Part shown: positions 53,158 to 60,641 of the stretch, piece after piece | How the letters are laid out: every line of letters starts with the position of its first letter | Numbering within the stretch: position 1 is the first letter of the stretch | Assembly: GCA_963761335.1 (NCBI GenBank) | Contig: CAVXGR010000008.1 | Location: 1-64,000 of the forward strand | Direction: 5' to 3' | Source: an uncultured delta proteobacterium | GTDB taxonomy: Bacteria; Desulfobacterota; Binatia; HRBIN30; BPIQ01 | DNA length: 64,000 nucleotides | The notes under the pieces: model-generated | The model's input: only the letters and a program-made list of their open reading frames with translations | The model's database searches: none | What the model was told of the DNA's origin: nothing | Program-made: the position numbers and the translations under genes

Positions 53158-53242
53158 AGTGGCTCGGTGACTCGGTGAGTCAGTAGCCCGGTAACTCAGT
53201 GGCTCGGTTTCTCAGTGGCTCGGTTATCGGGTTGCTGGGTTC
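53158..53242. repeat. 8-bp-unit array (GTGGCTCG family)
   Basis: Approximately the reverse complement of the 33422-33489 array. Confidence 0.75.
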
Positions 53243-53323
53243 TTGGCGAACAGCCCCTTGGCGTATGCTCCGTCGCCGGCGCCTTGCCAGCAGATCCCCC
53301 GCTTGCCTAGAATTCCCGCCCGA

Positions 53324-53608
53324 ATGACGAGGACTGCGTCATCGCCCTTCGAGACGCCCACCGCCATCGAGAAGCTCTTCGGCCGCGCTCTCGGTGCGCT
53401 CCTGCGTCTCGGAGTCGGCCCGGCGCACATGCGGGTTCTCGAGGTGCGCGGGCGCAAGAGCGGCGCCCTCTACTCCATGCCCGTCGATCCGCTGGAGCTC
53501 GGCGGCAAGCTCTATCTGGTGGCGCCGCGCGGGCGGACGCAGTGGGTGCGCAACGTCGAGGTCAGCAAGGAGATCACCCTGCGGCGCGGCAGCAGATCCG
53601 ATCTGTAA
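53324..53608 (+). pseudogene. 3'-truncated deazaflavin-dependent nitroreductase-like (DUF385/FDOR) gene
   Basis: LEVRGRKSG...PV...YLVAPRG.TQWVRN...TLRRG then a stop at 94 aa; family members usually continue about 50 aa further. Confidence 0.65.
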
Positions 53609-53621
53609 GCCATCTGTAAGC
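53601..53621 (+). promoter_or_regulatory. Perfect 10-bp direct repeat with 11-bp period; putative SARP/wHTH operator
   Basis: ATCTGTAAGC-C-ATCTGTAAGC, 36 bp upstream of the ATG at 53658. Confidence 0.6.
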
Positions 53622-53657
53622 CCCCCTGCGCCAACAAGGGGCAGTACGGAGGTGGCA

Positions 53658-56600
53658 ATGGATCGATCCCTCATTCGCATGCTCTTCTTGCTGCTGGTGG
53701 CCGGCTGGGTGCCCGGCTCGGCCAGCGGCGGTGCGCCGGAGGGCACCGATCCGTTGCTCGATTGCTTCTGCACCTGCGCCTGCGCGGATGTGGGCTGGAG
53801 CTGCGGCGAGGCCGTTACCTGCGTCTACTTCCCCTTTGTCTTCACCGCGAGCCCGGCATGCAGTGATCCCGATCTCGGGGAGTGCGTCTGCCGCGGCTTC
53901 GGCTGCGGCCGTGCCGAGATCGCCGGGGAGGGGGCATGTGTCGAAGAATGCCGCGCGCAGAATGGGGCGCCGACGACGACACCGTCCCCGGCGGCGACAC
54001 CGACCGTCGCCGCCGGGGCCAGGGAGGTCAACTTCTACCGGCGCGGCGACGCGAACTGCAGTGTGACGAAGACGGCAGCCGACGTGATCGCCGCCCTGCA
54101 CGGCCTCGGCGGTGAGACGCTGTGCGGCAACGACGACTGCGACCGCAACGGCGAGATGGACGGCGCGGATGTGGATTGCGGCGCCCGCTGCGTGTTTGGC
54201 CGCTGCCCCGTCCCTCCGAACGCCCCGGCGGTGTCGGAGGTCCTGGCCCACACGAGCCCAGCGGTCGCGCCTTTCTCGACCATTCGCATCGTCGGCACCG
54301 GCTTCAGCTCGGAGGATCGGCTGAAGTCGGTCACCATCGGAGGCCGGCAGGCGCCAGTGGTGGACCCGGTCGAGCCCGCTGAGCTGTTCGTGGTCGTTCC
54401 CGACATCGCGCCGGGAACGGCGGACGTCGTCCTCTTCGACGGCGACCTCGACGGAGCTCCTTTCTCCATTCAGGTCGCGCCGCCCCAGCGCCTCGGCCCG
54501 GAGGACTCTTTCGACGACTTCATCGACTTGATCGACGATGTCGTCACGGCCCTCATCGACCTCGACCTGAGCGACGTGCCGGCTGACGATGCCGCGATCT
54601 TCCGGCGCCAGCTGAATGCCTTTCGCGCCGATCTGCCGGACTTCGTGGAGGCGATGTTTGCGGCGGCGGAGTCGCCGTCGGCGCTGCGTTCGCGCCTCGA
54701 TTTCGTCGTCGATGTCTCCGGCGTGCCAGAGCAGCTGCGCGAGAGCATCAGTGAGCTCCACAGCCTCTCGCTTGCGGCGCAACGACGGGGCCCCGCGGGC
54801 GTCGTGGCGCGGGAGACGGTGAAGGCGGTGGCACGCAACCTCGGCTCGGCGGCGCGGACGGTCATCGCCGCCGCGCCGGAGGCGGCGGCGACCGTCTCCC
54901 TCGGCACGCAGCTGGTCATCGCAGCCGGAGTCGTCGTCGCCACCGTGGCCGTGTTCGGGGCTACCGAGGCCGTCTTCGCCGACACGCCCTTCATCGCTGA
55001 GGTGTCCGACGGCGCTATTCTGCGCAACGGTGAGCGCTTCACCATAATCGGGCGCGGCTTCGGCTCGGTGCCACCCTATCCCAGTCTCGTCATCCAGACA
55101 CGCTCCGGGGACATCGCTCTAGAGACCAGCAAGGCCGGCGAGATCGATCCGGAACGGCAGTTTCTCGAGTTTGCATTGCCCTTCGGTGCGGGCATTTGCG
55201 GCAACGACATGCGAATGTATCTGACGCGGCGGCTCCTGCTGATCCCGAAGAGCTCGGCGCCGGTGCCGTTCGCCGTCAAGCCCACCTTGGTCGACGTGAA
55301 CACCTCCCAGGCCGGGCTTGGCGAGAGATTCTCCATGACCACGCGGGGAGCGGTCGGTTGCACGGAACGGGACCAGACCTTCGTGAGACTGCAGCGCGTC
55401 TCCTCCGGAACGCCGGTGACGCGCGAGACTTCGATGTCGGAGCTCGGAGAGACCGATGTACAGATGTCCGCTCCGTCGGGAATGGTTCCGGACAGCTACT
55501 CGATCTCTGTCGTCGTGCAGGGGATCGCGAGTGACGAAGCGGAATCGGTCATTCTCGAAACGGACCTGAAAGGTTTGAGGATCGAATGCGGCATCGCCGA
55601 GGTCTCGAACGTCGGGCTCGGAGAGTCGGTTCGATGCAAGGCCTTGCCCCTTCCGGCGACGGCGAAGCTGCCGGCGGAGCCTGGCTCCGGTGTCTACGAT
55701 TGGACCTTCAGCGATCCGGGTATCGTTGTGTTGACGGCGACCGACGGGAACGAGGCGACCATCGAAGGCGTGAAGCCAGGTGAAGTCACTCCCCATGTCA
55801 TATTGTACAGCGACGATGATGCGTTCATCGCGAGAAGCGGATCGGGTGGGGCGCGCATCGCGGTGGCCGATCTGCGGGGACCGACGATCTCGAAGCTCGA
55901 GCGCCTGTCGCCCGAGGTCGTCCTGCCCGGCGGTGCCATCCGGGTGAGAGTCGAGGCAGTGGATGACCTGAAGGTGGCCCGTATCTTCTTGCACGCCATG
56001 GGAGACGCAGTGGATCCCGTCTTTCGCGACCAGGAGGCGAGCTGTGGCCCATTGGTGCCGGAGACCTGTAGCGCCCAGTTCGAGCTCGAGCTGCGGGGCA
56101 GCGGCTTTTCCGATCGTGAGGTGGTCTTGGTGGCGACGGCGGTCGACAGCAGCGGCAACGTCTCGGCCGATTCTGCCCCGCTCCGCTTCACGATCGAGGT
56201 CGCCGAGATCGGAGGCACGATCCGCAGCGCCCAGGACGGGGCCCCGATCGCCGGTGCCGACGTCCGCTTGCTCAACGACAGGCGGCACTTTCTGGATGGC
56301 GTCAAGTCGGAGAGCGATGGCCGCTTCACGATCGATGATCCGGGCGAGGCGGCCATCCTCAGCGTCGCCAAGAGCGGGTTCCGCCCCGCCGAGCAATCGC
56401 TCTCCGAGCCGGAGCAGCGGCCCCGAGGTGCCGCGCCCCTCGACCTGAACATCGCTCTGGTGCCGATCACCGGCGAGACCGGCCGTCTCTACGGCGAGAC
56501 CCGCACCCGGACTTCGCTCGGAACGCCCTTGGCCGGGGTCACAGTCACCGCCTTCGACCGCGACGGCATCGTTGCCGGCCTGGATTTCAGCGATGGCGAC

Positions 56601-57152
56601 GGTGCCTACGAGATCGCGGGATTGCCGCTGGGCGACTACGTCGTCACCGGCGCCGCCTTCGGAAAGGCGACGGTGTCGGGACATGTGCGCGTGCAGGAAT
56701 CCGAGAACCTGATCAGACTTCCGCTCGTGGAGGTGAACCAGGCCTGTAGCAGCGCCCTCAATGCCTTCGAGCTCGTCTACGGATCCAGGGAGGCGGGTGT
56801 GTCGTCCTTCGGGCTGGCCAGCATCGAGGAGCCGATCTCGGTCGGAAAGCAGGACCCGTCCGCCGCGATTCTGTGTGTATCCGGTAGCCCGGCTGCCCCA
56901 GTGTTCGATTGGGATCCGCAGTTGGAGAGCGTGTTTCGGCTCGTGGTCCGGGAGGAAGCGAATGGCCCCGTGATCTTCCAGCTTCGGGCCAAACCGGCCA
57001 TGCGGCTGGAGCCGCCGATCACCTTCGGCGACTACAGCAAGGGTATCGCCGAAGATCCGCAGCCTCCGGGAACGATCGTCCCCGGCATGCTGTACACGCT
57101 CACAACCATCCGACAGAGCGGCATACTGCTTCTCGAGTTTCGCAGCCGCTGA
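53658..57152 (+). CDS. Large secreted mosaic protein (Cys-rich, dockerin-like, IPT/Ig, carboxypeptidase-regulatory-like domains), 1164 aa
   Basis: GGAGG RBS; signal MDRSLIRMLFLLLVAGW; GDANC...DCDRNGEMDGAD; IRIVGTGFS...VTIGG; IGGTIRSAQDGAPIAGADV; GTPLAGVTVTA...DGAYEIAGLP.GDY. Confidence 0.8.
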   Translation: MDRSLIRMLFLLLVAGWVPGSASGGAPEGTDPLLDCFCTCACADVGWSCGEAVTCVYFPFVFTASPACSDPDLGECVCRGFGCGRAEIAGEGACVEECRAQNGAPTTTPSPAATPTVAAGAREVNFYRRGDANCSVTKTAADVIAALHGLGGETLCGNDDCDRNGEMDGADVDCGARCVFGRCPVPPNAPAVSEVLAHTSPAVAPFSTIRIVGTGFSSEDRLKSVTIGGRQAPVVDPVEPAELFVVVPDIAPGTADVVLFDGDLDGAPFSIQVAPPQRLGPEDSFDDFIDLIDDVVTALIDLDLSDVPADDAAIFRRQLNAFRADLPDFVEAMFAAAESPSALRSRLDFVVDVSGVPEQLRESISELHSLSLAAQRRGPAGVVARETVKAVARNLGSAARTVIAAAPEAAATVSLGTQLVIAAGVVVATVAVFGATEAVFADTPFIAEVSDGAILRNGERFTIIGRGFGSVPPYPSLVIQTRSGDIALETSKAGEIDPERQFLEFALPFGAGICGNDMRMYLTRRLLLIPKSSAPVPFAVKPTLVDVNTSQAGLGERFSMTTRGAVGCTERDQTFVRLQRVSSGTPVTRETSMSELGETDVQMSAPSGMVPDSYSISVVVQGIASDEAESVILETDLKGLRIECGIAEVSNVGLGESVRCKALPLPATAKLPAEPGSGVYDWTFSDPGIVVLTATDGNEATIEGVKPGEVTPHVILYSDDDAFIARSGSGGARIAVADLRGPTISKLERLSPEVVLPGGAIRVRVEAVDDLKVARIFLHAMGDAVDPVFRDQEASCGPLVPETCSAQFELELRGSGFSDREVVLVATAVDSSGNVSADSAPLRFTIEVAEIGGTIRSAQDGAPIAGADVRLLNDRRHFLDGVKSESDGRFTIDDPGEAAILSVAKSGFRPAEQSLSEPEQRPRGAAPLDLNIALVPITGETGRLYGETRTRTSLGTPLAGVTVTAFDRDGIVAGLDFSDGDGAYEIAGLPLGDYVVTGAAFGKATVSGHVRVQESENLIRLPLVEVNQACSSALNAFELVYGSREAGVSSFGLASIEEPISVGKQDPSAAILCVSGSPAAPVFDWDPQLESVFRLVVREEANGPVIFQLRAKPAMRLEPPITFGDYSKGIAEDPQPPGTIVPGMLYTLTTIRQSGILLLEFRSR

Positions 57153-57161
57153 GCGAGCGCC

Positions 57162-57341
57162 ATGGACAGCTATGTCGTCCGCATCTACCGGAGAGGTGAG
57201 GCAGACTCATCCGAGATCGTGGGCGTGGTGGAAGAGGTAGAGAGCCAGGAACGCCGGGCGTTCAAGACCATCGACGAGCTGTGGGCGATCTTGCTCCGAT
57301 CCTCACCGCCCGAGTTGGCGAAGCCACGCAAAAGCTCGTAA
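57162..57341 (+). CDS. 59-aa small protein absent from the ORF track
   Basis: MDSYVVRIYRRGEADSSEIVGVVEEVESQERRAFKTIDELWAILLRSSPPELAKPRKSS*; fills the gap between two co-oriented genes (9-bp and 30-bp spacers). Confidence 0.75.
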   Translation: MDSYVVRIYRRGEADSSEIVGVVEEVESQERRAFKTIDELWAILLRSSPPELAKPRKSS

Positions 57342-57371
57342 AACGGGCGGGCTGAGTCTGCGCCCGCTCGG

Positions 57372-60300
57372 ATGAAGACCAAGCCTCCACCGCTCGCCAA
57401 GACCACCCGCCCGCAAATTGCCGGGGCGCTTCTTCGGACGCGGCTCTTCCGTCAGCTCGACCGAAGCCCTCGGCCGATCACCTGGATCTGCGGGCCGCCC
57501 GGCTCGGGGAAGACGACGCTCGTGGCGACCTACATCGAGGCGCGCAAGGTCCCCGTTCTCTGGTACCAGGTGGACGAAGGTGATGCCGACGCGGCGACCT
57601 TCTTCTATTACATGGCGCAGGCGCTTCGGCAGCTGACGCCGCATCGGCGAAAGCCGCTTCCGGTTCCGACGACCGACAACTGGCCGCAGCTGTCGGTCTT
57701 CACGCGCCGCTACTTTCGCGAGCTCTACGGGCGCTTGCCGCGACCCTCTATGGTCGTCCTCGACAACTACCACGACGTCCCCGAGCACTCGCGTTTTCAC
57801 GAGGTGATCGGCGACGGCTTGGGCGAAGCTCCCGAGGGCATTCGCATCGTCGTTCTCAGCCGCGAGGAGGCGCCACCGAGCCTCGCCCGTTTGCGGGCGA
57901 GCGATGCCATCGAGTCGATCGGGTGGATCGACCTTCGCCTCCGCGTCGAAGAGTCGCGCCGCATCGTCCGCCTGCGTAGCCGCAAGGCGCTCGCGGACAA
58001 GACGCTCCGCGCGCTGCACGAGAAGGTGGGAGGCTGGGCGGCGGGCCTCACGCTGATGCTCGAGGCGGGAAGCGATGAGCTTGTGCCCGAGTCCCTGACC
58101 GACGCGACCCCGGAGGTGATCTTTCAGTACTTTGCCAACGAGGTGTTTCGGAAGGAGGAGCCGGCGACGCAACGGTTTCTCCTGGAGACCGCATTTCTCA
58201 AGACGTTCACCGCTCGCATGGCGGCGGAGCTGACGGGTGCTTCGCATGCGGGCAGACTCCTGTCGACGCTCGCCCGCCGGCAGTACTTCGTCGATCAGCG
58301 CGCGCATCCAGGACGGGTCTTTCAATACCATCCCCTCTTCCGAGAGTACCTTCTCCGGCACGCCCGGGAGACGCTGGATGCGGAGGCGCTGCGACGGGCG
58401 CAACACCGCGCCGCGGCGCTCCTGTGCGCGTCCCGGCAGCACGAGAGTGCCGCCTCTCTCTTCCGTGCGATGAGCGACTGGGACGGTCTGATCCAGATCA
58501 TCCTCGACCGCGCGCAAGCGCTCTGGGACAGCGGGCGCATGCTCACCCTGCAGGAGTGGCTGGGGAGCCTGCCGGGGGAGCGCGTCGAGCGAGATGGCTG
58601 GCTGCAGTACTGGAGTGGCATGTGCAGCATGCCTTTCGATCTGGAGCAGAGCCGTGCGCGCTTCGAAAGGAGCTTCATTTTGTTCCAGGGACGGGACGAG
58701 CCCGGCGGCGAGCTCCAGTCGATCCTCGGTGTGAGCGCAACCTTCTTGTTCGAATGGGCAGGCTTTGCGCCACTGGATCAATGGATCGAGAGACTCGATC
58801 GCTTCAGCGCCAGCCATCCGAACGTCGTGTCCGGCCCGATCGCCGATCGTGTGGTGACCACCATGTTCGGAGCGCTGACCTTCCGCCAGCCGCACCATGT
58901 CGACATCCGGCGATGGGCGGAGCGAGCTCTGGCCGTGGTGCGGACGAGCGCCGATGCGAACCGACGGATGTTCACGGGCTTCATGCTGACGATGTATCAC
59001 CTGTGGATGGGAGAGGTCGGTAAGGCCGTGATGGTGACGGAGACGCTGCGTCGGTCGCGGCGTCCGTCTGAGATCCAGCCGCTGGCTTCGCTGGCCCAGA
59101 GGGTCGCCGAGGCCTACTGCCACTGGTGCGTCGCCGAGCCGGAAGCGTGCGCGAAGACCGTCGCGGCCGGTCTGGCGACGGCCCGATCCTCGGGGGTGCG
59201 CACCTTGGATGTGGCGCTCCTGGGGCAAGGGGTGTGCGGTGCGCTGACGGGCGGCGACCTCGGCGCGGCGCGCCTGCTCCTCGAGCAGATGGCCGGGGCA
59301 CTGGATGCGAAGCGGATCCTGCACCAGTCGCACTACCACAGTCTCGCGGGGTGGGAGGCGTTTCTGCGCGGCGATCGCGCCAGTGCGCACCAGCACGCGG
59401 AGCAGGCTCTGCAGCTCGCCGTCGAGGCGGGAATGCCCATCGCGCAGATGATCAACCATATCGCCCTCGCTCAGGTGTTGCACCAGCAGGGATCCGGAGA
59501 CGAAGCGGTGCGACACCTCGAGGCCGCGCGCCGCATCAATGTCGGGGTGGGAAGCCTGAGCATCGAGTTCATGCGCTTGCTCGCTGCGGCCGACCTAGCC
59601 TTCGGCGAAAGGCAGGAAGATGATGGCATCACTCTGCTGCGCGCGGCGTTGGAGCTTGGCCGGCGGCAGGGGTACGTCAACACCATGTGGTGGTCTCCGG
59701 CGCGCATGGCGTCGCTGTGCGTCAAGGCGCTGCAGGCGGGCATCGAGGTCGAATACGCGCGGGAGCTCGTGCACAAGCGGGGGCTGACGCCGGAACATCC
59801 GCCGCTCCACGTGTCGGGCTGGCCATGGCCGCTGCGCGTCTTCACCCTCGGAGGCTTCGCTCTCGAAGGAGAGAGAACGGCGGCCCGCTCGTCTCGCAAG
59901 AGCCAGCAGCGCCCACTGGCGTTGCTCCAGGCGATCATCGCCCTGGGCGGCCAAAACGTGAACGAAGAGCTGCTGGGCGATGCCTTGTGGCCAGATGCGG
60001 ACGGCGATGCGGCGCACCAGGCGATGACCGTGACGCTGCACCGTCTTCGCCGCCTGCTGGGCTACGAGAAGGCGATCGTCGTCGAGGGTGGCAAGGTCAG
60101 CCTGGACCCCCGATATTGGTGGGTTGACGTATGGGCGTTCGACCGTCTGCTGGAGCAGGGCGAAGCCGCCGTCCGTGAAGGGGACAGGGCCACGGCACGA
60201 GGCAGGATCGAGGAAGCCGTCGGCCTCTATCGCGGCCCCTTTCTGCGCCAGCGCGGCGCTTCCTGGGCCCTGTCCCTGTCCGAGCGCCTGCACCGAAAAT

Positions 60301-60563
60301 TCGTGCGCGCCGTCGCCATCCTCGGCGACTCGTGGGAGCAAGAAGGCGACTGGCAAGCGGCCCTTTGCTGCTACGAACGCGGGCTGGAGATCGACGACTT
60401 GGCCGAGGAGTTCTACCGGCGGCAGATGAGCTGCTACCAGCGCCTGGGGCGTCTGGCCGAGGCAGCCATTGTCTACCAGCGATGCCGGGAAACGCTCTCG
60501 GCCTCCCTCGGTGTCACCCCATCACCCGAGACCCAAGCCTTGCACGCGTCGCTTCGCGACTGA
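57372..60563 (+). CDS. MalT-like STAND NTPase/TPR regulator with C-terminal winged-HTH and BTAD (SARP-type) module
   Basis: Walker A GPPGSGKTT, Walker B VVLDNYHD, GGWAAGL, YHPLFREYL; LRVFTLGGF...LWPDAD...LHRLRRLL...WVDVWAF...LYRGPFL...PSPETQAL. Confidence 0.92.
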   Translation: MKTKPPPLAKTTRPQIAGALLRTRLFRQLDRSPRPITWICGPPGSGKTTLVATYIEARKVPVLWYQVDEGDADAATFFYYMAQALRQLTPHRRKPLPVPTTDNWPQLSVFTRRYFRELYGRLPRPSMVVLDNYHDVPEHSRFHEVIGDGLGEAPEGIRIVVLSREEAPPSLARLRASDAIESIGWIDLRLRVEESRRIVRLRSRKALADKTLRALHEKVGGWAAGLTLMLEAGSDELVPESLTDATPEVIFQYFANEVFRKEEPATQRFLLETAFLKTFTARMAAELTGASHAGRLLSTLARRQYFVDQRAHPGRVFQYHPLFREYLLRHARETLDAEALRRAQHRAAALLCASRQHESAASLFRAMSDWDGLIQIILDRAQALWDSGRMLTLQEWLGSLPGERVERDGWLQYWSGMCSMPFDLEQSRARFERSFILFQGRDEPGGELQSILGVSATFLFEWAGFAPLDQWIERLDRFSASHPNVVSGPIADRVVTTMFGALTFRQPHHVDIRRWAERALAVVRTSADANRRMFTGFMLTMYHLWMGEVGKAVMVTETLRRSRRPSEIQPLASLAQRVAEAYCHWCVAEPEACAKTVAAGLATARSSGVRTLDVALLGQGVCGALTGGDLGAARLLLEQMAGALDAKRILHQSHYHSLAGWEAFLRGDRASAHQHAEQALQLAVEAGMPIAQMINHIALAQVLHQQGSGDEAVRHLEAARRINVGVGSLSIEFMRLLAAADLAFGERQEDDGITLLRAALELGRRQGYVNTMWWSPARMASLCVKALQAGIEVEYARELVHKRGLTPEHPPLHVSGWPWPLRVFTLGGFALEGERTAARSSRKSQQRPLALLQAIIALGGQNVNEELLGDALWPDADGDAAHQAMTVTLHRLRRLLGYEKAIVVEGGKVSLDPRYWWVDVWAFDRLLEQGEAAVREGDRATARGRIEEAVGLYRGPFLRQRGASWALSLSERLHRKFVRAVAILGDSWEQEGDWQAALCCYERGLEIDDLAEEFYRRQMSCYQRLGRLAEAAIVYQRCRETLSASLGVTPSPETQALHASLRD

Positions 60564-60588
60564 GAGCCGCAGGAGCGAGGCTTGGGGT

Positions 60589-60616
60589 TTGACATCGGCG
60601 GTCTTCTCGCTAATCT
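60589..60616 (+). promoter_or_regulatory. Putative sigma70 promoter
   Basis: TTGACA-16 nt-TAATCT, followed by a GGAGG RBS. Confidence 0.55.
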
Positions 60617-60641
60617 CCTTGCCGTCGAGGGAGGAAAGTGT

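Noticed and set aside
53394..53657. N-terminal extension of the 1252-aa ORF
   Set aside because: It overlaps the DUF385-like gene in another frame; the RBS and signal peptide support the ATG at 53658.
57372..60563. STAND protein as an Avs-type antiphage NLR
   Set aside because: It has MalT-like motifs and a C-terminal DNA-binding/BTAD module but no N-terminal nuclease or other effector.
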